Notes under the pieces: generated by a model
The model's database searches: none
What the model saw: the letters and a program-made list of their open reading frames with translations, nothing else
Told to the model about the DNA's origin: nothing
Shown: in pieces, positions 1 through 11,895 of the stretch
How positions within the stretch are numbered: the stretch's first letter is position 1
Layout: every line of letters starts with the position of its first letter
Assembly (NCBI GenBank): GCA_038087875.1
Contig: JAXLNO010002359.1
Location: 62,001-126,000, forward strand
Direction of reading: 5' to 3'
Source of the DNA: Malacoraja senta
Taxonomy: Eukaryota
DNA length: 64,000 nt
Made by a program: the position numbers and the translations under genes

Positions 1-3000
1 TCGACGGGGCCGTCTTTTGCCCTGGCCGCCGACGTTTCTGCTGCCCTAGGCGAGTGAGACGTAAAAACATAAGTGTTAATACCAGCAGCTGTTAAGACTT
101 CTTTTATCCATCTGGAAATAGTCTGTATTGAAACTCTCTTGTCTGGTTTCTTGTGTGTGATCAACAACCCAGTTTCCGTATTCTCAAATTCTTTGTAACC
201 TCAATGTATTGTAATAAATATGTCTTAATACAGAGACATGGATCATTTGGATATGCTGCCAGCATAATTTTAAATCCTGTCACACCTGGCCTAATTTGCT
301 TTAGTAGGTCATAGATATAGAATGTAACCTTGTCTTCAGTTACTTCCATACTGTCTATTTGTAATTTTCCAAGTGTTTGCACTCGTTGTGCTGTCACTCA
401 TGCCATAAGCATGAATACTTTCATACTGAGCTTGACCAAAGGTAAAGACACACTTGATGAGCATTCACGAAGTAGTTTCAGTACCACACTTACATCCCAG
501 ATTGTCACGTACCTAGGTTTCGGTGGTTTGGAATTAAAGATTCCTTTCATTAGTCTGGAAACAATTGGGTGTGACCCAATTGAGTTTCTTTCTGAATCCA
601 GAACCAAATATGAGGACAATGCACTTCTGGCTGAATTAATTGCACTACAACTCAGACCTTCATCATAATAAAGTTTTGACAGAAATTCTAAACATTTGAA
701 ATATCTGCAGTACTTTATTGCACATTCTTTTGTACCCAGAACTCTTCCCATTTCTTAATATAAGAAAGGTACTGTTTTTGAGTGCTCTTCCTCCAGGTTG
801 CCGTAAGCATGTCCACAGTATGCTCAGACAGTCCTCGTCCCAGAAAAGGCATTCTCTCTTTTTTGGGACTTTCATCAACATTTGTGTTGTTAATTCTAAT
901 ATCAACGGATACCATGGCTGTGTAGGCCAATCTGGTACTCCCAATACCCTTCAAGCAGCATCTTGCCTGATTTTAAGCAAACATTGGCTTATGAGGCAGA
1001 AAGGTGGAAATATATATGAAAACATACCACCCCAATGTAGCGAGAAAGCATCAATCGCCACTGCTCCTGGATCTGGTTTCCATGAGACATATCTCGATAG
1101 CTGATGATTCAAGTCGATGTCGGTCATTCCAAATCTGATTACTATATCATTGAATACCTCTTGATTCAACATCCATTCTTTATTATCATGGAACTTTTCG
1201 TGACCTGGTGTCTGCTATCGTTCATTCTACCTGGTAGATAGATAGCTGAAATCCAAATGGTCTTTTCAATACACCAAGCCCAAAGTTGATTAACCATTTT
1301 GTCACAAGACACCGACTTAATTCCACCCATATCATTAATATAAACAACTACTGTTGTGTTATCAATTTGAACTTGAACATGCTTATTAGTTGTGTTAGAA
1401 CAATAAGCTTGGAGCCCATAGAAACATCCTAGAAGCTCCAAATAGTTAATTCCCCATGTCTGCAGTAACAATGACTCTTCCTGATTCCATCTGCCTCCTC
1501 AGCTAGATGTTAAGTCAGTTGCACCCCATCCTGGTGCACTGGCATCAGTTTGTAATATCATGGAAGGTTGTTCAATCAGCACTTTGCTGGAACTGCTTGA
1601 GACATGTAGAATCCACCACTGCAGATCAGAAACAGCATTTGTTGTTAGTTGCATGGTTCTATCAAAATGACGAACATGCATTCTCGGTGCCTGTTCTTTA
1701 AGTCTCTGCAGCTGTTGATAATGTAATGGTCCGAATTGGACTGCTGGGAATGCTGCTACTAATTTTCCCAGTACACGAGCCACCTGTCTAATTGAAGGTT
1801 TTTGCTCGTTTAGGAGATTACTGCAATCTTTAATCAAATCCACCCTTTTTTCCCTGGGCAAAGTAATATTCATTTGGACTGAATCAATTGTGAACCCCAA
1901 ATAATTAATAGAGGTACATGGTGTTAACCTAGATTTCTTTGGATGAATTAGAAACCCCAAATTTTCAAAAGTTGATTTCACAACTTTAACAGATGCTTCT
2001 GTTGACTGTTTTGTCTTTCCTATAATCAAGACATCATCCAAATATGCCATTAGTACATGCCCCTGGCTACTCAGCAAGCCCAGAATTGGTTATATCAATT
2101 TTGTCAATATTCTGGGTGCAGATATTAACCCATTAGGCAGAGCTTTGAACTGCCACAACTGGTTCATCCATTTAAATTTAAGATACTTCCTATCTTCTGA
2201 ATGAACAGACACTGAATAATATGCATCTTTCAAGTCTATAGTTGCCATATAACATTCTTCTGAAATAAGCTGTTTGGCAGTCACAAATGTTTCCATTTTA
2301 AAATGTCTAAATTGCACAAAAGGATTCAGATTTATCAAATCTACAAGAATCCTACATCCTCCATCCTTTTTTGATCGAGGGAATATATTTGACACAAATT
2401 GGTGACTTTGGTAGACTGATTTTTCAATAACCCCTTTTTTATATAGGGTTTCAATTGCAACCTGAACCTCCATCACTTCTTTTTGTACAAAGTGCAGAGT
2501 TCGGCTAGGAACATGCTGAACAGGCAAATCATAATTTGGATTGAATTCAATTCGAAATCCTTGTATATTATTCAGGATTACCACATCTGAAGTAATTTTC
2601 TTCCAATTATTATACAAGAAATGTAACCTGCCTCCAACTTTTGGACTTAATCCAGTTAGTATGTTCCCATGAGAACCAGGTCCACCTACCTCTTGAGTCA
2701 TTTGAGTACCCTGAGATTCCTGGGTTCTCCCGGAAGCACGCCCACTGGTTCTTGCTCCCGCTGCAGGCCGCCAACTACGACCCTGCGTTGATGAGCGACT
2801 TGGTCCAGGATCCGTATGACGTCTGAAAGGATACTTCCTCTTTACAGACTTCACAACCATTGATGTCTTCATCAATCCTGTTTTCGCTTCATCTTCCAAC
2901 TCTTTAATACGTCTCCCGAGATCTCTCCAAGGAGTAAGTTGGGTAATTTGTATATTACTTGGGTTGCAGAGTGCTGCGAATTTCGGATTCATAGTAGACC

Positions 3001-4135
3001 GTATAGCACTTCTCGAAGTGGGTGCTGCATAGCAACCCCAGTGCTTGCTGATGCAACTTCGTCATCTTTTGGTTGTTACCTGCTATTCTGGTAAAAGGAG
3101 TTATTCCAGAACCCAGCAGCTTTAATATTCTCTGCAACTGATTCCAGATAATTTAATTCACTGCTGCTGCTTTCAGCAACCCACAGTTACTTCTTGCAGT
3201 CTCATCCATTTCATGCTGTTCCAGCTAATGGTAAACCAAGTAATTTATTAAGGAGGCCAGTTCTTCCTAATGGCTCTCCTGACCCTGACGGGGCAGCGAA
3301 TCCTACTGCCAGGGGTGGAACATCTGGCAGCTGCCGTTCATTGCCTTGTACAGCCTCACCGTCAGAGTCGGGGTCTGAAATCTCATGACCCGTAGCACGC
3401 TCCTCATTCCTGAGGGTGCATTCCATCAGCCCTGAGCCAGGTGCTGTTAAGCTGCTCCTGCAGCTTGGATTACAGTACACTCCTTCCTGAGTGAAGTTTG
3501 CTCCAACAACCTATGAAAAAGGCTTCTATTTGGGCAATACGCTCGAAAGCAGTATCTAGCCCTGTACCAGGAGCTGTTTGAGCTGCTTCCAGCAGCTTGG
3601 CTTTCAGAACACTCCTCCCTGAGTGAACTTTGCTCCAACAGCCTGTGTAAAAGGCTTTCTATTTGGGCAATACGCTCGAAAGCAGTATCTAGCCCTGGAG
3701 CTACTCCATTGCCTGGGACTCCCTCCGTTGGTATTTAAACTTTGTATTTTGCCCGACAGGCGCTGACTGTGTTTTCACCAGCCCCAGGTCCACAGTCGCT
3801 ATGCTCACCGCTGGCGACTGTACCGGGGTTTAGAGGCGGTTGGTCTCTAACCGTGGACTCCCGACTTTCCCGACTTCTGTCGGCTATGTTGCTCGCCTCT
3901 TCCCCCTGTCCGTTTTTTCCCATGGCGTCTGTGGAAAAAATCGCCATAGACCCACAGTAAACGGACCTGGAAAACCTGTAAAAAAGTTTTTACTTACCTT
4001 GTAGTTGAAAAACTACAAACCACTCGAGGAGCACTGCTCCTCACGTCCGTTTGCGTCAAGGCGTCTGACGTAATGAAGCGCAGGCGCACTGGCGGGGTTC
4101 TTCACGTAGTCACTCACGTGACTCCGAAGTAAAAT
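1..4135 (-). mobile_element. DIRS1-like tyrosine-recombinase retrotransposon, frameshifted, runs off the left edge
   Basis: Minus-strand ORF pieces in DIRS order: gag/RT (2090-2992; LVDLINLN, YMATIDLKDAYYSV), RT (1499-2077; YLDDVL), RNase H (1166-1471; INYLEL..DNTTVV), methyltransferase-like (951-1172; AIDAF..YIFPPF), tyrosine recombinase (161-954; WRKSTQKQY, SAINSARSALS). Terminal repeat ends ..cacgtgactccgaagtaaaat at about 4135. Confidence 0.93.
3428..3697. repeat. Two-copy tandem duplication (about 130-133 bp) in the DIRS gag region
   Basis: agccctg recurs at 3428, 3558 and 3691; ctatttgggcaatacgctcgaaagcagtatctagccctg is present twice. Confidence 0.85.
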
Positions 4136-4771
4136 GAACACAACCCTCTATGGAGGTTTTTTCATCATGAAATGGCAGGACCTCCCTGGATTGCATGTAC
4201 TCTCTCGTGGAACATCAGGCCCAGCAGGATGCGGCAAAGCACCTGGAGCTCTCCCATTTGAGATCCATTCGAAATGTTCAAAACCGCAAAGGTGCAAGTT
4301 CGATTCCAGATGGAATCTTTATTTGTGGTATAATTCTATATCTGAACCCATTTGTATCAACACCAGTGGTGCCGGAAACCTGAGCTGGAGAGGGAGTGTC
4401 GTTTAGTTTGACAAGAGGCAGTGTCAGTTACTGTGCAGTGTGAGGGAGCCTCAGCTTGTCCTGTGCTGGGCTCAAAGCCACGTTGCTGCTTCTCCCGAAT
4501 TCCACACAAGTTCCTCTGCAGAGGTCGGTAAACTTCAGACATTATTCTTCATTGGTAATAGTGGATTAAATGAACGGGATTAAATGATTGAAATGTAGTT
4601 TGCAAAACTGATGTACTTCTTCAAATGTTATTGTGAAATGTGTTTTCCTATTACAATGATGGTGTCTTCACTAAAAAGGGAACAAATGTCATTGTTTTTG
4701 CTACATCCGACTGATTAAAATCTAAAATAGCGGTGTTTCTCTTGACTATTCAAATTCATTTTATTCTTTCC
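4133..4771 (+). repeat. About 640-bp segment duplicated at 27626-28265
   Basis: Colinear, near-identical sequence from aatgaacacaaccctctatgg to ttattctttcc in both places; no TE hallmark seen. Confidence 0.95.
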
Positions 4772-4814
4772 AATGAATAAAGCTAATGTTATTATTCTTT
4801 CAAATGATTCTATT

Positions 4815-5957
4815 TTTTTTCCAATGTTCAATAGATTCAAGATCAGTTCCTGTGGATTGGAGGGTAGCTAATGTTATCCCACTTTTTAAGAAAGGCGGGA
4901 GAGAGAAAACAGGGAATTATACACCAGTTAGCCTGACATCGGTGGTGGGGTAGATGCTGGAGTCAATTATAAAAGATGAGATAGCCGCACATTTGGATAG
5001 CAGTAACAGGATCGGTCCAAGTCAGCATGGATTTACGAAAGGGAAATCATGCTTGACTAAATCTTCTGCAATTTTTTGAGGATGTAACTAGGAAAATGGA
5101 CAAGCGAGAGCCGGTGGATGTAGTGTACCTGGACTTTCAGAAAGCATTTGATAAGGTCCCACATAGGAGATTAGTGGGCAAAATTAGGGCACATGGTATT
5201 GGGGGTAGAGTGCTGACATGGATAGAGAAGTGGTTGGCAGACAGGAAACAAAGAATAGGGATTAGCGGGTCCCTTTCAGAATGGCACGTAGTGACTAGTG
5301 GGGTACGGCAAGGCTCGGTGCTGGGACTGCAACTATTTACAATATACATCAATGATTTGGATGAAGGGATTCAAAGTAACATTAGCAAATTTGCAGATGA
5401 CACAAAGCTGGGTGGCAGTGTGAACTGTGAGGACGATGCTATGAGAATCCAGGGTGACTTGGACAGGTTGGGGGAGTGGGCAGACAGATCCAAAGTACCT
5501 GTTCAACTCATCTGCCATTTCCTTGTTCCCCATAATAAATTCACCTTTTTCAGTCTACAAGGGTCCAACTTTGGTCTTAACTAATATTATCCTCTTCACA
5601 TACCTAAAGAAGCTTTTACTATCCTGCTTTATATTCTTGGCTAGCTTACCTTCGTACCTCATCTTTTCTCCCCGTATTGTCTTTTTGGTTATCTTCTGTT
5701 GTTCTTTAAACATTACCCAATCCTCTTGCTTCCCGCTCATCTTTGCTACGTTGTACTTCTTCACTTTAATTTTTATACTGTCCCTGACGTCCCTTGTCAG
5801 CCATGGTCGTCCCTTTCTCCCCTTGGAATCTTTCTTCCTCCTAGGAATGAACTGATCCTGCACCTTCTGTATTATTCCTAGAAACACCTGCCATTTTAAT
5901 TCCACTGTCATCCCTGCTAGTGTATCTTTCCAGTGAACTTTGGCCGGCTCCTCCCAG
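4815..5957. mobile_element. Rearranged CR1 LINE: RT part on + (4815-5486) joined to an upstream ORF2 part on - (5487-5957)
   Basis: ORF 5096-5584 (LDFQKAFDKVPH, FADDTKL) on +; ORFs 5333-5533 and 5555-6118 (GNKEMADELNRYF, KSFFRYVKR) on -. Confidence 0.85.
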
Positions 5958-7020
5958 TCAGTTGAGCTAGTGTCCAAATATACACACAGATGCAGCCTAG
6001 AGTCATAGAGCTGTACAGCATGGAAATAGGTCCATTGGCCCAATGCATACATGCTGACCAAGTTGTCTATCTGAGCCAGTCCCAACTGCCTGCACCTAAC
6101 CCATGTCCGTCCATACATTTCCTATCCATAATATTGTGGATAAACTTGATGTTTTGATGAAAAAGCAGAAAGACTGAGAAGTATAGGAATTGTGATTGAT
6201 TCAGAAATATTGATAAAGATATCTGCGTCTTTGTGCACTAATCACTGAAAGCAGACATGTGATGCAGCCTGCAGTAAGTAGGCAAGTGATATTTGTTGGT
6301 CTTCTCTTCTGGAGTTTTTGAGCACAGTAACAAGGTGTCTTGTTGCCATATTACAGGATATTCCTGAGACCACCCCTTGTGTGCTGTTTTGTTCTCCTTG
6401 CCCACTAAGGATCAGTTAGGCGATTCTGTGGACGCAGTCAGGAGACCCAGATGGTAGTTTGCCTCCCTGGTGCCAGGGTCTGGGATGTGTCTGAAGGTGT
6501 CCAAGATATCCTGAAATGGGAGGGAGGAGCCTGAGGTCGTGGTACATATAGGTCCCAATGACATAGGGAGACAAAGAGAAGAGGTCATGAAAGGAGAATT
6601 TAGGGAGTTAGGAAGAGAGTTAAGGAGAAGGACCGCAAAAGTAACAATCTCAGGATTACTGCCTGTGCCACGCGACAGTGAGAGTAGGAATGGAGTGAGG
6701 TGGAGGATAAATTTGTGGCTGAGGGACTGGTGCAGAGGGCAGGGATTCAAGTTTCTGGATCATTGGGACCTCTTTTGGGGAAGGTGTGACCTGTACAAAA
6801 AGGACGGGTTGCATTTGAACCCAAGGGGAACCAATATCCTGGCGGCGAGATTTGCAAAGGCTACTGGGGGGACTTTAAACTAGAACGGTTGGGGGGAGGG
6901 ACTCAAATAGAGAAAGCTAGTAGACAGTGTGTGAGGCAGGAGGCAGAGAAGGGAAGCACTCAGACCCAACATGTAGGGGGGAAAGGAGAAAAAGATAATA
7001 AACAGAAAATAAGTGGTGGT

Positions 7021-7373
7021 GGCAGATGGCGCAATGGGCTAAGTGTTCGGCTGGCAACCGGAAGGTAGCCGGTTCGAATCCCGCTTGGATTGCATACTGT
7101 CGTTGTGTCCTTGGGCAAGACACTTCACCCACCTTTGCCTGCGTGTGAATGTGTGTGAATGTGTGTGAGTGATTGGTGGTGGTCGGAGGGGCCGTAGGCG
7201 CAGATTAGCAGCCACGCTTCCGTCAGTCTGCCCCAGGGCAGCTGTGGCTACAGAAGTAGCTCACCACCACCGAGTGTGACTGAGGAGTGAATGAATAATG
7301 TGATGTAAAGCGTCTTGAGTATTAGAAAGGCGCTATATAAATCTCATCCATTATTATTATTATTATTATTATT
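7021..7373 (+). mobile_element. tRNA-derived SINE (CORE/AFC-like) inserted between CR1 ORF1 and ORF2
   Basis: Box A tggcgcaatgg, box B ggttcgaatcc, central gttgtgtccttgggcaagacacttcacc block, (att)n tail; CR1 sequence resumes at 7374. Confidence 0.85.
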
Positions 7374-8946
7374 AAATGTGTCTATTTTAATGCTAGGAGC
7401 ATTGTAAGAAAGGTGGATGAGCTTAGAGCCTGGATTGACACCTGGAAGTATGATGTTGTGGCGATTAGTGAAACATGGTTGCAGGATGGCTGTGATTGGA
7501 AACTAAATATTCCAGGATTTCATTGCTTCAGGTGCGCTAGAATTGGAGGGGCAAGAGGTGGAGGTGTTGCATTGCTTGTCAGGGAAGATATTACAGCAGT
7601 GCTTTGGCAGGATAGATTAGAGGGCTCGTCTACGGAGGCTATTTGGGTGGAACAAAGAAATGGGAAAGGTGTAGCAACACTTATAGTGGTGTATTATAGA
7701 CCGCCTAATGGGGAGCGAGAATTGGAAGAGCAAATATGTAAGGAGATAGCAGATATTAGTAGTAAGGACAAGGTAGTGATTGTGGGAGATTTCAATTTTC
7801 CACACATAGACTGGGAAACACATTCTGTAAAAGGGCTGGATGGTTTGGAGTTTGTAAAATGTGTGCAGGATAGTTTTTTGCAGCAATACATAGAGGTATC
7901 TACTAGAGAAGGGGCAGTGCTGGACCTCCTGTTAGGAAATGAGACAGGTCAGTTGACAGAAGTATGTGTTGGGGAGCACTTTGGATCCAGTGATCATAAT
8001 GCCATTAGTTTCAATATAATTATGGAGAAGGTCAGAACTGGACCAAGGGTTGAGATTTTTGATTGGAGAAAGGCTAACTTTGAGGAGATGCGAAAGGATT
8101 TAAAAGGAGTGACTTGGGACATTTTGTTTTATGGGAAGGAGGTAATAGAGAAATGGAGGACATTTAAAGGTGAAATTTTAAGAGTACAGAATCTTTATGT
8201 CCCTGTTCGGTTGAAAGGAAAGAGTAATAATTGGAAAGAGTCATGGTTTTCAAGGGAAATTGGACACGGTTCGGAAAAAGAGAGAGATCTACAATAATTA
8301 AGGGCAGCATGGAGTAAATGAGGTGCTTGAAGAGTATAAATAATGTAAAAAGAATCTTAAGAGAGAAATTAGAAAAGCTAAAAGAAGATATGAGGTTGCT
8401 TTGGCAAGTAAGGTGAAAGTAAATCCAAAGGGTTTCTACAGCCATATTAATAGCAAAAGGATAACGAGGGATAACATTGGTCCATTAGAGAGTCAGAGTG
8501 GACAGCTATCTGCAGAGCCAAAAGAGATGGGGGAGATATTGAACAATTGATTTTCTTCGGTATTCACCAAGGAGAAGGATATTGAATTATGTGAGGTAAC
8601 GGAAACAAGTAGAGTAGCAATGGAAACTATGAGGATCAAAGAAGAGGAAGTGCTGACACTTTTGAAAAATATAAAAATGGATAAGTCTCCAGGTCGTGAC
8701 AGGATATTCCCTAGGACATTGAGGGAAGTTAGTGTAGAAATAGCAGGGGCTATGACAGAAATATTTAAAATGCATTAGAAACGGGAATGGTGCCGGAGGA
8801 TTGGCGTACTGCGCATGTTGTTCCATTGTTTAAAAAGGGTTCTAAGAGTAAACCTAGCAATTATAGACCTGTTAGTTTGACGTCAGTGGTGGGCAAATTA
8901 ATGGAAAGGATACTTAGAGATAATATATATAAGCATCTGGATAAAC

Positions 8947-9042
8947 GTCTGAAGAAGGGTTGCGGCCCGAAACGTTACCTATTTCCTTCGCTCCATAGAT
9001 GCTGCTGCACCCGCTGAGTTTCTCCAGCATTTTTGTGTACCT
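8947..9042 (+). mobile_element. 96-bp Penelope-terminal-repeat-derived insertion carrying a minimal hammerhead ribozyme motif
   Basis: 9-bp target duplication tggataaac (8938-8946 and 9043-9051); CTGAAGA (8949-8955), stem ggg..ccc, GAAAC-GTT (8969-8976). Confidence 0.8.
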
Positions 9043-10366
9043 TGGATAAACATGGTCTGATTAGGAACAGTCAACATGGATTTGTGCCTGGAAGGTCATG
9101 TTTGACTAATCTTGAATTTTTTGAAGAGGTTACTCGGGAAATTGATGAGGGTAAAGCAGTGGATGTTGTCTATATGGACTTCAGTAAGGCCTTTGACAAG
9201 GTTCCTCATGGAAGGTTGGTTAAGAAGATTCAATTGTTGGGTATTAATGGTGGAGTAGCAAGATGGATTCAACAGTGGCTTAATGGGAGATGCCAGAGAG
9301 TAATGGTGGATGGCTGTTTGTCAGGTTGGAGGCCGGTGACTATTGGGGTGCCTCAGGGATCTGTGTTGGGTCCACTGTTGTTTGTCATATACATCAATGA
9401 TCTGGATGATGGTGTGGTAAATTGGATTAGTAAGTGTGCAGATGATACTCAGATAGGTGGTGTTGTGGATAATGAAGTAGATTTTCAATGTCTACAGAGA
9501 GATTTAGGCCATTTGGAAGAGTGGGCTGAAAGATGGCAGATGGAGTTTAATGCTGATAAATGTGAGGTACAACATCTCGGCCGGACAAATCAAAATAGGA
9601 CGTACATGGTAAATGGTAGAGAATTGAGGAATGCAGTTGAACAGAGGGATCTAGGAATAACTGTGCATAGTTCCCTGAAGGTGGAATCTCATGCAGATAG
9701 GGTGGTAAAGAAAGCTTTTGGTGTGTTGGCCTTTATAAATCAGAGCATTGAATATAGAAGTTGGGATGTAATGTTAAAATTGTACAAGGCATTGGTGAGG
9801 CCAATTCTGGAGTATGGAGTACAATTTTGGTCGCCTAATTACAGGAAGGATGTCAACAAAATAGAGAGAGTACAGAGGAGGTTTACTAGAATGTTGCCTG
9901 GGTTTCAGCAACTAAGTTACAGAGAAAGGTTGAACAAGTTAGGCCTTTATTCATTGGAGCGCAGAAGGTTAAGAGGGGACTTAATAGAGGTCTTTAAAAT
10001 TATGAGCGGGATAGACAGAGTTGACGTGGATAAGCTATTTCCATTGAGAGTAGGGAAGATTCAAACAAGGGGACATGACGAGAATTAAGGGACAGAAGTT
10101 TAGGGGTAACATTAGGGGGAACATCTTTACTCAGAGAGTGGTAGCTGTGTGGAATGAGCTTCCAGTGGAAGTGGTGGAGGCTGGTTCGATTTTATACTTT
10201 AAAAATAGATTGGATGGGTATATGGACAGGAAAGGAATGGAGGGTTATGGTCTGAGTGCAGGTAGATGGGACTAGGGGGGGGTATTTATTAAAATAAAAA
10301 AAAATCCGGCACGGACTTGAAGGGCCGAGATGGCCTGTTTCCGTGCTGTAATGGTTATATGGTTAT

Positions 10367-11665
10367 ATGGACGCATTGGTGATCATTTTCCAATGTTCAA
10401 TAGATTCAGGATCAGTTCCTGTGGATTGGAGGATAGCTAATGTTATCCCACTTTTCAAGAAAGGAGCGAAAGAGAAAACGGGGAATTACAGACCAGTTAG
10501 CCTGTCTTCGGTGGTGGGAAAGATGCTGGAGTCAATTATTAAAGAGGTAATAATGGGGCATTTGGATAGCAGTAAAAGGATTAGTCCAAGTCATCATGGA
10601 TTTATGAAAGGGAAATCATGCTTGACTAATCTTCTGGAATTTTTTGAGGATATGACAAGTAAAATGGATGAAGGGGTGCCAGTGGATGTAGTGTATTTCA
10701 GAAAGCCTTTGATAAGGTCCCGCACGGGAGACTGGTGACTAAAATTAGAGCACATCGTATAGGGGGTAGGGTGTTGACATGGATATAAAATTGGTTGGCA
10801 TACTGGAAGCAAAGAGTAGGAGTGAACGGATCCTTTTCAGAATGGCAGGCAGTGGCGAGTGGAGTGCCCCAAGGCTCGGTGTTGGGGCCGCAACTGTTTA
10901 CCATATATATTAATGATTTGGAAGAGGGAATTAGGAGCAACACTAGCAAGTTTGCGGATGACACAAAGCTGGGTGGCAGTGTGAACTGTGAAGAGGATGT
11001 TAGGAGGGTGCAGGGTGACCTGGACAGATTGAGTGGGCAGATGCAGTATAATATAGATAAATGTGAGGTTATCCACTTTGGCGGCAAAAACAAGGGGGCA
11101 GATTATTATCTCAATGGGGTTAGGTTAGGTAAGGGGGAGGTACAGCGCGACCTGGGTGTCCTTGTTCACCGGTCACTGAAAGTTGGCTTACAGGTACAGC
11201 AGGCAGGAAAGAAAGCTAATGGAATGTTGGCCTTCATACAAGGGGATTCAGGAGTAAAGAGGTTCTTCTGCAGTTGTACAGGGCTCTGGTGAGACCACAT
11301 CTGGAGTTTGTGTAAAGTTCTGGTCTCCTAATTTGAGGAAGGACATCCTTGTGATTGAGGCAGTAAATCCAAAGGGTTTACTGCCTCAATGACAGTCCCG
11401 CCATCCCTGGGATGGCGGGACTGTCATATGAGGATAGATTGAAAAGACTAGGCTTGTATTCACTGGAGTTTAGAAGGATGAGGGGATATCTTATAGAAAC
11501 ATAAAATCATAAAAGGACTGGACAAGCTGGATGCAGGAAAAATGTTCCCAATGTTGGGCAAGTCCAGAACCAGGGGCCACAGTCTTAGAATAAAGGGGAG
11601 GTCATTTAAGACTGAGTTGAGAAAAAACTTTTCAACGCAGGGAGTTGTGACTTTGTGGAATTCCT
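10367..11665 (+). mobile_element. CR1 LINE 3' part (RT), second subfamily, with deletions
   Basis: ORFs 10367-10738 (NYRPVSL), 10795-11292 (PQGSVLGP, FADDTKL), 11542-11660 (RTRGHSL). Confidence 0.93.
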
Positions 11666-11895
11666 CTCCTCAGCCTCCTAGCCGAAGACTCTCGAGCCAA
11701 AGACTCTCACTTTTCTCACAGGGCACTTCCCTCACAAGGCCGCTGCATTACTGCCGCTCCCTAAGAGCCGTCTTGCTTATATTGAGTTATATAAGTTATA
11801 TAAAGTTATATGGAAGCATACATAGCAGTAGATGTCAATTATTTTACGTAATCATCATAAACATGTCCGAGACGCTACATCTTGAAAATATTTAG

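Larger units (their letters stand above)
6410..10370 (+). mobile_element. CR1-clade LINE, 5'-truncated within ORF1 (SGNH esterase), ORF2 APE-RT broken
   Basis: ORF1 VHIGPNDIG..DGLHLN; APE VAISETW, GDFNFP, SDHN (7413-8297); RT MDFSKAFDKVPH, PQGSVLGP (9033-10088); (atggtt/atat) tail near 10350-10370. Confidence 0.95.

Noticed and set aside
4134-4406. 90-120 aa ORF shared by both duplicate copies (MNTTLYGGFF..)
   Set aside because: No recognisable domain; at this level of identity shared openness is expected by chance.
7021-7095. tRNA gene
   Set aside because: The tRNA-like head continues into SINE body and tail; the same applies to 47660-47749.
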